NCBI GenBank assembly: GCA_963778555.1
Contig: CAVZUR010000004.1
Coordinates: forward strand, 308,151-372,150
Direction of reading: 5' to 3'
Origin: Candidatus Moraniibacteriota bacterium
Lineage (GTDB): Bacteria > Patescibacteriota > Minisyncoccia > Moranbacterales > UBA1568
DNA: 64,000 nt
Part shown: positions 40,044 through 49,775 of the stretch, in pieces
Layout: the number at the start of each line of letters is the position of its first letter
Position numbering within the stretch: position 1 is the stretch's first letter
Notes under the pieces: generated by a model
What the model was told of the DNA's origin: nothing
What the model saw: the letters and a program-made list of their open reading frames with translations, nothing else
Database searches by the model: none
Translations under genes and position numbers: made by a program

Positions 40044-40289
40044 CATTTGAGACCTCCGAAGGTGAGCTATTACAAAGGACGTGGCTCCAGAGTAGCATGC
40101 TTTCTTACGCGGCTCAGGGCACCATGTCAAGTCCATACCATCACCATGTTCTCGAGCTAGAAGCGAAGAATCCCTCGTCGAGACTCGAGAAAATGGTTTA
40201 CCTTACCTCTTGCAATAAATCTATTTTCATGCTATAGTACTTGGTTAGGAGTTTTTTCCCAAACCACCACCCAACCACAGGAGCACTCC

Positions 40290-40511
40290 ATGATTCATCG
40301 CATTGATCCCATTCACGCCGTTCTTTTACTAGTCGTACTCACGGCCATCGGCGGGTTGGGGCTCGTCTCCCAAAGCATCGATGAGACGACGTTCCTAACC
40401 GCCAGAAAGGAGACCATCAACGCCGCTCCCTGCAAAAAAGCTCTGCCCCTCGAGGCGCAGAGCTTCGAAGAACGCTCCGGCAAAGACTTTTTGCCACCCC
40501 TGTGCTGGTAA
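40290..40511 (+). CDS. hypothetical small membrane protein
   Basis: A 73-aa ORF with one TM helix and the RBS caGGAGcactccATG. Confidence 0.4.
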   Translation: MIHRIDPIHAVLLLVVLTAIGGLGLVSQSIDETTFLTARKETINAAPCKKALPLEAQSFEERSGKDFLPPLCW

Positions 40512-40636
40512 CACCCAACACCGTGCTCGCACCGCCGCTAGGTTTCAACCCAGCGGCTTTTTTCTGTACCAGTGATCTTTTGAATAAACAAAACCACCCG
40601 GAAAAACTTCCAGCCTGCTATCTGATTTGAAAATCA

Positions 40637-40864
40637 CTACATCGCTGCGGCAGCGCTCTCAGACGAACACGCGCGGCAATTGCTCTTGTGTGTCACGACC
40701 TCGAAGACAGCTGCAGCACCGACCAAGACATACACTACTTTCGTGACCGATGACATGTCACCGAAGAGGCTCGCGACGACGTCCATCTGGAAGAGACCGA
40801 CGGCAAGCCAATTCAGGCCGCCCGCAACGAGCAGCAAGAACGCCACCATGTGAAGTTGTTTCAT
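40637..40864 (-). CDS. DUF378 family small membrane protein
   Basis: LLVAGGLNWLAVGLFQMDVVASLFG...VYVLVGAAAV is the DUF378 signature. Confidence 0.65.
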   Translation of the reverse strand: MKQLHMVAFLLLVAGGLNWLAVGLFQMDVVASLFGDMSSVTKVVYVLVGAAAVFEVVTHKSNCRACSSESAAAAM

Positions 40865-41029
40865 AGAAAAAAATGTTGTTGATACGCGGGGGCCGACCGG
40901 AGGAGCTCACTCCCTCCCTGCGCCTCTATTGTACTCCCGAAGAATTCCTTTTCAGACTTTCCGTCAAGCAGGGCCAAACGGAAAGCCAGTCCAAGGAAAG
41001 ACTGGCCCATTTGCTATTCTTTTGCCATT

Positions 41030-41680
41030 TTATTTCGGCATCTTTAAAACATCGACAACGCGACCATTGATGACAAAATTATCCTCCGGCGTGAGGAAAA
41101 TCGGCTGATGGCGCTTATCGGTTGACTCCGGGAGAAGGGCAATCGTCCTACCGTCTTGGGAACGATAGGTTTTCACGGTTGCGAGGCCGTCGATCACTAC
41201 CAGTACCCGATCGCCGTTCGCATACTCTTTGACTGCTGCATCTACCAGGATAAAATCCCCATTTTGGATGAGCTTGCCATTCACTTTCGCCCGGTTCATG
41301 GAAGTCCCCGACACCTGAACCGCAAAGACATTGCGATCCTTAACGAGACGCTTTGAAACGCGCAGATACCCCTCGACATACTGGTCGGCGAACATGGTCG
41401 CGGCCCCGGCGCTCGCGGCACCAAAAACCGGAATCTGAACGAAACTGTCTGCATTCACGCCTTTGAGGAGAATGCCTCGGTCCTCGCTCGTCCGCTCAAT
41501 GTAACCTTTTTCCTCGAGCGTGTTGAGATAGAGAAAAAAACTGCGCAGACTCTTCAAATGGAGGCCGAGCTTACCGCTTTCCTCTTTGATTTCTCGCACT
41601 GTCGGCATCTCGCCGTGTTCGGTGAAGAATTGCTTGATCGCCTGGAGGACAATCCGCTGCTTCTGAGTCAGAATCTCCAT
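41030..41680 (-). CDS. lexA: LexA repressor (S24 peptidase with an N-terminal winged-helix domain)
   Basis: An N-terminal HTH (MPTVREIKEESGKL...EEKGYIER), an Ala-Gly cleavage region (GAASAGAAT), and the catalytic pair Ser (GTSM) / Lys (GKLIQNGD...K). Confidence 0.85.
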   Translation of the reverse strand: MEILTQKQRIVLQAIKQFFTEHGEMPTVREIKEESGKLGLHLKSLRSFFLYLNTLEEKGYIERTSEDRGILLKGVNADSFVQIPVFGAASAGAATMFADQYVEGYLRVSKRLVKDRNVFAVQVSGTSMNRAKVNGKLIQNGDFILVDAAVKEYANGDRVLVVIDGLATVKTYRSQDGRTIALLPESTDKRHQPIFLTPEDNFVINGRVVDVLKMPK

Positions 41681-41686
41681 ATGTTT

Positions 41687-41741
41687 TAGTGTTTACTCTA
41701 CTTACACTAGAGAGTATACAACCAGTTCGAAAGCTGTCAAC
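41687..41741 (-). promoter_or_regulatory. lexA promoter (TTGACA-16-TATACT) with a candidate operator palindrome TAGTGT-N11-ACACTA between the -10 and the ATG
   Basis: Minus strand: TTGACAgctttcgaactggttgTATACTctcTAGTGTaagtagagtaaACACTAaaacatATG. Confidence 0.5.
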
Positions 41742-41755
41742 CCTCACTTTGTCGG

Positions 41756-42619
41756 CTAAAAAATCTCCCCTGCCCAGTCCGAACTTACTCTGGCTTGGCC
41801 ATCGGATTGGAAAACAATATAGCTCGCCTTGAATTCCTGAGACAGCTCACCGTACCGCTCAGGTGAAGCAAAAAAAAGCCCTGATGTCATACAATCCGCC
41901 GACCAGGCATCAGCCGCGACTGCCGCGCAGCCGACAACTCTCTCGATGTTCTGCTGCATCATTGGGTTGACGAGATGATGCCACTTCCCCCAACGTCTCC
42001 GAAAACTGTCCGAAACGGCGAGTCCTTGATTGTGAAGGTCGACGACGCCAGCGGCCGTGTCCGGCTTACCCGGATACTCAATCGCAACGCGCCACGGCCG
42101 GCCATCGGCTTTCGTCGTCCCGAACATGTCGCCTCCGCCATCCACGATAAAGTATTCGAATCCTGCCGCACGGATGAGGTCAGCAAGCCGGTCGATACAG
42201 TATCCTTTCCCGATGCCACCGAGGTCAAAAGCCGTCGGGCCATCAAGAGTCAGCAGCTCATCTGCAATCGACCAAACTGGAAGTTGCTCACCATACTGAA
42301 TCGGCACTAACCCGTTCTGTCCGCCATAGCCTGCGCTTTCCAAGACGGCGCCGACGACCGGATCATAGATGCCGCCAGTCAGGGTGCGGAGCTGTGCCGC
42401 TCGCTCGAGCAATCGCGCAAGCTCCGTCGATACCGGATAGGTGCCCGCGACGGCTTCGCGGAACGCATTCGTCTCAGAACCCGGGAGAAAACGCGAAAAA
42501 CGGGACTCGAAGTCCCGTGCATATTGTATGACTCGATCGCTGAGATCCACCGGAAGGATTTCAGAATCGATAGTGATCGACCAGCCGGTCCCGAGTCCCT
42601 GGAAATCAAACGTCTGCAT
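41756..42619 (-). CDS. FAD:protein FMN transferase (ApbE family)
   Basis: 287 aa; GGIGKGYCIDR and the conserved ApbE core. Confidence 0.75.
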   Translation of the reverse strand: MQTFDFQGLGTGWSITIDSEILPVDLSDRVIQYARDFESRFSRFLPGSETNAFREAVAGTYPVSTELARLLERAAQLRTLTGGIYDPVVGAVLESAGYGGQNGLVPIQYGEQLPVWSIADELLTLDGPTAFDLGGIGKGYCIDRLADLIRAAGFEYFIVDGGGDMFGTTKADGRPWRVAIEYPGKPDTAAGVVDLHNQGLAVSDSFRRRWGKWHHLVNPMMQQNIERVVGCAAVAADAWSADCMTSGLFFASPERYGELSQEFKASYIVFQSDGQARVSSDWAGEIF

Positions 42620-42629
42620 CGCGCCGAGA

Positions 42630-43058
42630 TTAAATCTGGCTCTTGAGCGTATCGATGACGCTATTGAACGCCTTGGTCGTCAGCGAAGACTTGCCGATAC
42701 GGTCGACGGCTGTGAGTTCGGAAAGTCGTTTCCCTTTGATGACCGCCAGCAACCCTTGAGAGAACGCTACTTGCTTCTCATCCGCCTGGTTCGTCTCAAC
42801 CGTCACTTCGCGGGCATCGGTGATAACACCATCCGGACTGAGCGTAAGCGTGAACCGCACGAAATCGACGCCATCGTTCGGAACCTCGTAGCGCACTTCG
42901 GCACTCACCTCCTTCGGCTTCTGTACGACGATTTCGGTCATCGCTGCCCTATCCGTCTTGACCGACTGAAACATCTTGACCACCTGACGATAATAGATGG
43001 CAACCGTCAGAACGAGCACGACCGCGATTGCCGCGAGCCCCTTGGGTATCTTCTGCAT
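42630..43058 (-). CDS. hypothetical membrane-anchored protein (intact paralogue of the 13967-14472 pseudogene)
   Basis: MQKIPKGLAAIAVVLVLTVAIYY TM segment, then ...LSELTAVDRIGKSSLTTKAFNSVIDTLKSQI. The ORF extends to 43115. Confidence 0.55.
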   Translation of the reverse strand: MQKIPKGLAAIAVVLVLTVAIYYRQVVKMFQSVKTDRAAMTEIVVQKPKEVSAEVRYEVPNDGVDFVRFTLTLSPDGVITDAREVTVETNQADEKQVAFSQGLLAVIKGKRLSELTAVDRIGKSSLTTKAFNSVIDTLKSQI

Positions 43059-43285
43059 AGGTTTGTTTTTATTGCTGTTTCTGCCATTATGATACACTTT
43101 GATGTCCCAGCACACAATTCGGAATTTGTCATTATTCCCTCCACGACTGCCGCAGAAAGGGCTATTTATGGCAAAGAAGAAAGGCGTAAAGCATACGCCT
43201 TCCGCGAGCAGAGAAAATAACGTATGCTACGAGAGACAGCAGTGCAGCACTCTCGCTCCGGCTGCTATTCCCGTAATGCTCTGCT

Positions 43286-44323
43286 ATGGAATTAAAAATT
43301 GAACGTCTTGGAGTTCTGTTGGAAAAGACCGCATTCCCTTTCGAAAGTCAGGCTGTTTTTAATCCGGGCATCTACCAAGAAGGTGAAACGGTTCATATGT
43401 TTTATCGTGCTGTTGCGGCCGATCGAACGTCCTCAATCGGATACTGCCGGATTGAAAACGGGACAGACGTCGTCGAACGACGGGAGACTCCCCTCCTCGT
43501 GCCAGAACACGACTACGAGATCAAAGGGATGGAGGACCCACGCATCACGAAGATGGGTGATACCTATTACATGATCTACGTCGCCTACGACGGATTCAAT
43601 GCCCGGCTCGCCTATGCGACGAGTAAAGACCTGCGCACGTTCACCAAGCACGGTATCATCAGCCCGAACATCACCTACCAGGAAGCCGCCGGACTGTTCA
43701 ATTCGCGCGCCCTCAAGAATGACTACTTTGTCTTCGCCGCGTACATGCAGCAAAGCTACGGAGATAAGATTCTCCTCTGGGAGAAAGACGGTTTCCTCAT
43801 GCCAAAGAAATTCAACGGAAAGTTCGCGCTCGTCCATCGCGTCCTGCCTGACATTCAGATGGTCTTTTTCGACTCGTTCGAGGACCTCCAATCGGAAGAA
43901 TTCTGGAAAGGCTATCTCTGCAACCTCGAGAAATTCGTCGTCGTGGAAAATACGGAATGGTTCGAAGGTCGCAACATCGGCGCGGGTGGCCCGGCTATCG
44001 AGACCGCGGCAGGCTGGCTCCTCCTCTACCATGGGGTCTACGAGACCAACAAGGGCAGGACTTATTCCATGGGAGCGGCGCTACTGGATCTCGACAATCC
44101 CCTGAAGCTCGTCGCCAAACTCCAACAGCCGCTTCTCATTCCGACGGAAAAATGGGAGGTGAGTGGCGAAGTTGGAAATACGATTTTCCCGACGGCTGCA
44201 GCGCGGATCGGGAAATACCTCTACATTTATTACGGGTCTGCAGACGAACGCATCGCGGTGGCCAGAATCGAGCTCGATAACTTCCTTCGCGACATCATCA
44301 CGAACGGCCTTCCAGGTCGATGA
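43286..44323 (+). CDS. glycoside hydrolase family 130 protein (beta-mannoside phosphorylase-like, DUF377)
   Basis: A 345-aa five-bladed beta-propeller pattern (FNPGIYQEGETVHMFYRAV..., EDPRITKMGDTYYMIYVAYDG, GWLLLYHGV, IYYGSADERIAVA). Confidence 0.7.
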   Translation: MELKIERLGVLLEKTAFPFESQAVFNPGIYQEGETVHMFYRAVAADRTSSIGYCRIENGTDVVERRETPLLVPEHDYEIKGMEDPRITKMGDTYYMIYVAYDGFNARLAYATSKDLRTFTKHGIISPNITYQEAAGLFNSRALKNDYFVFAAYMQQSYGDKILLWEKDGFLMPKKFNGKFALVHRVLPDIQMVFFDSFEDLQSEEFWKGYLCNLEKFVVVENTEWFEGRNIGAGGPAIETAAGWLLLYHGVYETNKGRTYSMGAALLDLDNPLKLVAKLQQPLLIPTEKWEVSGEVGNTIFPTAAARIGKYLYIYYGSADERIAVARIELDNFLRDIITNGLPGR

Positions 44324-46592
44324 GCGATATCGGGTCAGCGATGCTGTGCCGGGCCAAGAGATAACAAACCGTCGACTCGGACCCCTGGTTCAGGTTCACC
44401 GAATGTACTGTCAGTCCATCAAAACAGCCGCCCGTCGATTCGTCGTAGACCATGAGACCCAGGGCATTGTTCCCGAGAAACCAGCTGAAGACGGTCTCAG
44501 TCGCCCGACGATACTTTTCGTTTCCAGTGAGATCATATGCAGCCCGGAGACAAAGCACTAGACTTGATGCCTCTTCCGGCTGCTGATCAAAATGAGGCCG
44601 GACACCGCCGCGCTTGAACCAACCGCTCTGCCCGATTGGCCAGGCCTGATTCCCGATGATTGTCTGACGTAACAGGAAATCGAGCGCTGTCTCTCCGACG
44701 GCTCGATACTGCGGATTGCCGGTGACTCGTGCAGCGATGAGAAGCGCCTCGGGCATCACCGCATTACCGTAGGTCAGTTCCGACTCGAACCAGTTCCAAT
44801 CCTCTCCGCTATTCACTTCAAAGCTCGCAATGAGCTTCTCGCCTGTCTCCTCGAGTAGACTGAGGTAACGGCGACTTCTTTCGCGAGACAAACCAGGCTT
44901 TTCGAGCATGTACGCGAGTGCCTTGATGAAGTTCGCTTGCGCCCGTGGAAAATCAAAATCTGTCTTTCCCCCCTCCTGATCGACGAGCGTTTCAAACCGC
45001 CGATCCGCGCTGGTCCGCTGCGCCTCCGGAAGGTCAGACAAAGCGCTCACGAAACTCAGTGCCAAGAGCGCCCGCGTGTGACCCTCCTCGCGGTTCAAGC
45101 TATTGCCCGCATCATCCGGCGAGTGGTCAAAATGGAAGATATTGAGGAGCAGCCCCGCCTCCGGTTGGCAACTCAGCACGAAGTCCAAATAGATCGACGC
45201 GAGCTTCTCAGAAACACCCTTCTTGGGGGATTGTTTATGGATCATTGCCGTCACCAAAAGTGCGCGTGCGTTGTCGTCGAGCGTATAGCCGGATTCTTTC
45301 CAGGGTTCGGCCAATCGACAAAATTGAAGAATCCCGTGCTTTGTGGTCATTCGTTCGAGGTGAGACAGTTTGATCACCGGCAGTCGACGCAAAGAGATCC
45401 GAAGCGTCGGCACCAATGACGCGAAAGTTGCAGCATAAGCATTGGCCACATTGCCCCATGTCATATGGCGCGATCCGCTATACGCCAGATATCCCATATC
45501 CTGAAGCTTTTCCGGCTCACTGAGCATCTGAAGCAACGCCTGAGAATAGGCTGTTTCATCCCGCACCGGGACTAACTTCCCAATCGAGGGAACCACAAGC
45601 TCACGCGCCTGTGAAAAATTCGTCGAGAGCACCGGCCGCCCCACTCCGATCGCATACGAGAGCGTCCCCGATACCGCCTGATGCGGATCAAGCGATGTCG
45701 CGATATAGATATCAGTCATCTGAAGCGCCTGAATCAGGTGTTTCAGATCGAAATATTTATTATAGAAACGGACGTGCCGAGTCAAGCCAAGCCGCTTCAC
45801 CTCCGCAAACAGCGATTTGCGATACTTTTCGCCATCTTTTTTCAGCACATTTGGATGCGTCGCTCCGACGACGAGATAGATCACGTCCGGATATTTCTGC
45901 ACCACCAGCGGCAGCGCGCGCAAGACATACTCGATACCCTTGTTCCGACTGAGCAGGCCGAATGTCGTGAGGACCGTATGTCCTTCCAGCCCAAATTCTC
46001 CTTTCTCCTTGCCCGATGACTCAAACGGGACAGCTGGGATTCCATGGGGAATGACCGAAATCTTCTCCGTCGAGATACCGTAGTCACGCGTCAAAATCTC
46101 TTTGGATTGGCATGTCATCACAATAAAGCGCTCACTCAAAGCTGAAAGTTCCTCCACCCGTTTACGAAAGAGGGGCTGCGGATCGGGCAGAACCGTATGG
46201 AATACAATCGCCCGCGGTACGCGGACCCGCTTCAAAAGCTCCAGAATATAGGCGCCGTACATGCCCCCGAATATCCCGAACTCATGCTGGATGCAAACCA
46301 GCGCCGGCTGCTCACGATTGATGTAATCGGCTGCCTTGGCATAGTCGGCACGTTCATCCTGTTGGATCTGGAACACGACCCGCTGCCCCGGATAGATATA
46401 GAAATTTCGATTACTATCATTGATCGCGATCACTTTAGCGGTGATGAACGGTGCAAATGTTTTTTCGAAATTAGTCAGCAAATCGTACGTAAAAGTCGCC
46501 AGACCGCACTCTCGGGGCGGGAAGGTCGAGACAAAAAAAATAGTCTGTTTGGTGGAGGGCATTGTATTGGAAAGATCCGATAATGACATCAT
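44298..46592 (-). CDS. bifunctional glycosyltransferase family 4 (N-terminal) / (alpha/alpha)6-barrel glycoside-hydrolase-like (C-terminal) protein
   Basis: The N-terminal GT-B fold (FFVSTFPPRECGLATF...). The GT4 motif EFGIFGG... / ...GATHPN... / E..G.....A..G.PV (SYAIGVGRPVLST). The C-terminal ~350 aa form a six-hairpin GH63/MGH-like domain. Confidence 0.65.
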   Translation of the reverse strand: MMSLSDLSNTMPSTKQTIFFVSTFPPRECGLATFTYDLLTNFEKTFAPFITAKVIAINDSNRNFYIYPGQRVVFQIQQDERADYAKAADYINREQPALVCIQHEFGIFGGMYGAYILELLKRVRVPRAIVFHTVLPDPQPLFRKRVEELSALSERFIVMTCQSKEILTRDYGISTEKISVIPHGIPAVPFESSGKEKGEFGLEGHTVLTTFGLLSRNKGIEYVLRALPLVVQKYPDVIYLVVGATHPNVLKKDGEKYRKSLFAEVKRLGLTRHVRFYNKYFDLKHLIQALQMTDIYIATSLDPHQAVSGTLSYAIGVGRPVLSTNFSQARELVVPSIGKLVPVRDETAYSQALLQMLSEPEKLQDMGYLAYSGSRHMTWGNVANAYAATFASLVPTLRISLRRLPVIKLSHLERMTTKHGILQFCRLAEPWKESGYTLDDNARALLVTAMIHKQSPKKGVSEKLASIYLDFVLSCQPEAGLLLNIFHFDHSPDDAGNSLNREEGHTRALLALSFVSALSDLPEAQRTSADRRFETLVDQEGGKTDFDFPRAQANFIKALAYMLEKPGLSRERSRRYLSLLEETGEKLIASFEVNSGEDWNWFESELTYGNAVMPEALLIAARVTGNPQYRAVGETALDFLLRQTIIGNQAWPIGQSGWFKRGGVRPHFDQQPEEASSLVLCLRAAYDLTGNEKYRRATETVFSWFLGNNALGLMVYDESTGGCFDGLTVHSVNLNQGSESTVCYLLARHSIADPISLIDLEGRS

Positions 46593-46738
46593 CTCATCCA
46601 ACCGTTTCTGGCCAGATTCCAAATAAGCTGCATTATGCCATGCTTTAGAAAAACTTGCAATACAAAAGTTAGAGGGAAGAAAAAAAGCGGGTGGGGTCTA
46701 AGAGACTCCCTCCCGCTCCAGTTTGTCCTGTCCTTCGG

Positions 46739-47263
46739 TCAGGTTTTGGTATAGTCGACGATGGCGCCCTCTTTACGGGCTGCTTGCTCGGCCCAGATGA
46801 CTTCATTGGGCGTCGGGACGCGGCGCACCTGGCCATGCGGATCCAAGAACCCTGCCCGATCTTCGATGCCGTAGTCGATGCAAGATTCCCGCATGCAACC
46901 GATGGGCCGACCGGCGCGTTCGTCCTGGATACCATCTGCCGGCTGGTAGTACCGCGCGTACTCCGGCATCACTCGCTTCGGATCCGCTAGACTGTGGAGC
47001 GTCACCGGATCGCCGACGAAGATCGGCCGACCACAATGCCAGCACTGTATCGTCATCGCCTGCAGACAGACATGGCAATACCCAGTCGTGCCGTTCGCAC
47101 TGACCGGTACTTTGAGCGAGCGGCTTTCTCCAAATGCCCGCACGAGTCCGCGGACTTGGGTCCGATGTCCGCAGACAATGGCCGGGATACGGCGCAATTG
47201 CCACAGCCACCACACCAATGCACCGAGGCTGATCAAGCCGCCAATCCATACGAATGTACTCAT
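46739..47263 (-). CDS. hypothetical membrane-anchored Cys-rich (zinc-ribbon-like) protein
   Basis: MSTFVWIGGLISLGALVWWLW TM segment, then CGH...CHVCLQAMTIQCWHCGRP. The ORF extends to 47377. Confidence 0.45.
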   Translation of the reverse strand: MSTFVWIGGLISLGALVWWLWQLRRIPAIVCGHRTQVRGLVRAFGESRSLKVPVSANGTTGYCHVCLQAMTIQCWHCGRPIFVGDPVTLHSLADPKRVMPEYARYYQPADGIQDERAGRPIGCMRESCIDYGIEDRAGFLDPHGQVRRVPTPNEVIWAEQAARKEGAIVDYTKT

Positions 47264-47486
47264 TTCACTCTCCTTGATTGTGAAAAAGACGCAACACATG
47301 CGTTTCCATGGGGGAAACGGGTAAAGGAACGTGCGACGAGTATACCCCACTCGTCCGATTATGTCAAGAGGAAACATACATTTTTCTTACTCTATTCTTT
47401 TTTCCAACTTTTCAGCATTCGACAAAAAAAAGCGGGTTGTATCCAATAGGCTACTCCCCGCCTCAATTCAAACCGATGTATCACAG

Positions 47487-48155
47487 TTATTCTGCTTCTT
47501 CACTGTCTGGTAATACGGTACCCGCCTGCACGGCTCGGAGCGAGGCGATGCGCTTGCGCGTGCCCGGGTGGGTAGGGGTATCAAATTTCATGCCCTGACG
47601 CAACGTCGAGAACCCCACATCAGGTGGCCAGCCGAGCTTGGTCAATACTCGCAACGCAAAGGCATCGGCGGTGTACTCCTGGCGGTGTGCCAGCGCCGAG
47701 GCATCACGTCCGAGCAGGCCAGCCACTGGATCGGTCTTGTCCTGAGTCACTTCACCCGGAATCCAACGCTGGTAGACGCGGCCCATTTGCGCCCAGTGAC
47801 GTTGGATTACGTGCCCGATTTCATGGGCGATGATGAATATCCGTTCGCCTTCGGGCAGATCAGCCAGCGACTCGTTCGCGATGATGATGTTGCCATGCAG
47901 CGTCTCGGCGAGCGGAGAACCGCTGATGACGCGAAATTCGATGGCAACGTCGGATTGCACGGCTTGGGCCAATTTCTCGAACGTCATGCGCACGATCTGG
48001 GTACGCTCTGCATCCTGTGCGGGTTTCAGTGCATCGAGGCGCTGCTGTTGTGAACGACGTATTACGTCGATGATGTCCTCGCCACAGGCTGATGGACAAA
48101 ACCCTGTCCCCAAGACAAGAGCGACCATGGCTACGAACAACGGCTGCTTGCTCAT
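47487..48155 (-). CDS. secreted zinc metallopeptidase (M48/HExxH family) lipoprotein
   Basis: A signal peptide plus lipobox-like LGTGFC, then IIAHEIGHVIQRHW (HExxH). Confidence 0.65.
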   Translation of the reverse strand: MSKQPLFVAMVALVLGTGFCPSACGEDIIDVIRRSQQQRLDALKPAQDAERTQIVRMTFEKLAQAVQSDVAIEFRVISGSPLAETLHGNIIIANESLADLPEGERIFIIAHEIGHVIQRHWAQMGRVYQRWIPGEVTQDKTDPVAGLLGRDASALAHRQEYTADAFALRVLTKLGWPPDVGFSTLRQGMKFDTPTHPGTRKRIASLRAVQAGTVLPDSEEAE

Positions 48156-48398
48156 TTCCGACTCCTTCCTTCAAAAGAACAGTGGAAACTACAAAAAATG
48201 GGATCCTCTCCGGATTGACGATAAAAAAAACGAGAAGCTCCCTGCCCTCCGCCTCCATACTACACTGGAAAGCGAGTACAGGCATAGGAATTCCCGTCAA
48301 GTCCCTCTGATTTTCTGCTACTAAACTAATTTCAAGTAAGAAAAAAAGGGGAAACGGTTTGCATCGTTCCCCTCGATACTGACTGAAAGTTCTTCCCG

Positions 48399-48905
48399 TC
48401 AGCAGGTCAGTGGCCGCCGCAGCACCCGGGCATGGAGGAGTCGGCCCCATGGCACCGAAGTGCGCTTGCCGTCCACGACAATGTCCTGGCACGGTTCCAC
48501 GATGACACGCGGAATCGGCATCTGCTCATGATCGGTGTGGCCGCAGCGGTGCCAGAGATCACAGCACTTCCGCATCCCCCACATATCCACCGCTTCGCAC
48601 TCCTCAGGAGGGATGGAAAGCTTGAACGAATAGTGGTGGCCTGAACTATTGCGCCCAGATACGCAGCCAGCCGCCTGCCAGGTGACACCGAGGTCAGCAA
48701 CAAATTTCGAAAGAAACTCGGCTTGTCCGGCACTGCCGCCGCGCTGGCCGAAGAGAAAGTTCATGCCCAACAACGCGGTCGTATCCCGGATCTCGAGTCG
48801 CAGCTTCACGAGGCTGAGCCGCGTTTCGCCCTCATAGTGCGGAACTGGCCAGGCGGGCAGACCATGGCTGGCCTGCCACTCAAAAACTGTCGCTTGATAC
48901 ATCAT
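48399..48905 (-). CDS. hypothetical Cys/His-rich protein
   Basis: A 168-aa ORF with a CCDLWHRCGHTDHE cluster and GC3 bias. Confidence 0.35.
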   Translation of the reverse strand: MMYQATVFEWQASHGLPAWPVPHYEGETRLSLVKLRLEIRDTTALLGMNFLFGQRGGSAGQAEFLSKFVADLGVTWQAAGCVSGRNSSGHHYSFKLSIPPEECEAVDMWGMRKCCDLWHRCGHTDHEQMPIPRVIVEPCQDIVVDGKRTSVPWGRLLHARVLRRPLTC

Positions 48906-49004
48906 TCGATTCTCCTGCTGTTGAGGTACACACTGACATATCGGTTTCCGCTGGAAACCACCAAAGAACTTCCGGAAAATATATCCCCTTTCGATCTCCC
49001 TGTC

Positions 49005-49050
49005 AATATAAAAGCCACCCCGATTGAGACTGTGGTGGCTTTCGAAAAAG
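49005..49050 (-). terminator. rho-independent terminator downstream of the 49096-49485 gene
   Basis: Minus strand: AAAGCCACCacagtctcaatcggGGTGGCTTTTAT. Confidence 0.6.
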
Positions 49051-49095
49051 AGCGTCGGTTCCCCGCTCAGTCAGGTGCGGCTCAGACTCGAACCG

Positions 49096-49485
49096 TCACT
49101 GGCGTTTCTGTGCCTGATCAGTGGAAACCGGCGGTCTAGCGTACTGCGCGACGATCGTTCGATGATTGCGAGCAATCCAGACGAGGAAACCGTTGAACAG
49201 TATGAGCCCTCCCAACCACCCCATCACGGCCGAAAAGGGATCGATGGCGCCGCTGACCACGATCAGTACTTGTGCGTTCATCGCCAGTGAAGCCAGCTGG
49301 CTCCAGTACGCAAAGATCGTCATCCGCTTCGCCAAAATAAGAATGTCCTGCCTGGCAACAGGTTCGAGCATCCAGACGGTTCGCACCATCGGCAACAGCT
49401 TCCGGGCAATCAAGAACTGAAACGCAAGATTCAGAATGGCGATACCGTACAGGATCGCCAGACTCACTACATCACTCCTACTCAT
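49096..49485 (-). CDS. hypothetical membrane protein
   Basis: A 129-aa ORF with three to four TM helices. Confidence 0.45.
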   Translation of the reverse strand: MSRSDVVSLAILYGIAILNLAFQFLIARKLLPMVRTVWMLEPVARQDILILAKRMTIFAYWSQLASLAMNAQVLIVVSGAIDPFSAVMGWLGGLILFNGFLVWIARNHRTIVAQYARPPVSTDQAQKRQ

Positions 49486-49635
49486 GGTCTACCCCCTTCA
49501 AGAGTGGTTTGAACACTGGTCTCCTCACGGAAAACCGCTTGAAAGAACTTCCGCCGAGTATCACATATTCGCTCTTGCGCGTCAATCTTTCCCCACCGCT
49601 GGTGTGAGGCCAAATGAATCGTTCCGTTTTAGCAT

Positions 49636-49730
49636 ATTCCCACGATCGTAGGAATAATAGAGTTTTGAAATCTGGAGATAAGGGGGGGGGGTTGGAAGTG
49701 GCTTTCAATGTTTCCGTATTCTTATTTGAC
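49636..49730. repeat. copy A of a ~90-bp dispersed element containing a 20-bp palindrome (ATTCCcACGaTCGTAGGAAT) and a GGCTTTCAAT motif; a second copy is at 53980-54075
   Basis: About 80% identity between the two copies. The palindrome is at 49646-49665. Confidence 0.6.
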
Positions 49731-49755
49731 GAGGGAACATTTGTTCCCTATAGTG
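49726..49755 (+). promoter_or_regulatory. SOS-regulated promoter: TTGACG-17-TATAGT with a perfect Cheo-type LexA box GGGAACAttTGTTCCC in the spacer
   Basis: ttgacgagGGAACATTTGTTCCCtatagt lies 20 nt upstream of the lexA2 ATG; this is GAAC-N4-GTTC. Confidence 0.65.
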
Positions 49756-49775
49756 AGGAAGGACCTCCCCCTCCT

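Noticed and set aside
40873-41070. 65-aa plus-strand ORF between the DUF378 gene and lexA
   Set aside because: It overlaps the 3' end of lexA on the opposite strand, has no RBS, and its sequence is not protein-like.
49060-49130. tRNA gene suggested by a GGTTCGAGTC T-loop-like string on the minus strand
   Set aside because: I could not build a cloverleaf. The spacing between the putative T-loop and any 7-bp acceptor pairing is wrong, and there is no D-arm or anticodon stem. It is more likely the 3' UTR/terminator region of the 49096-49485 gene.
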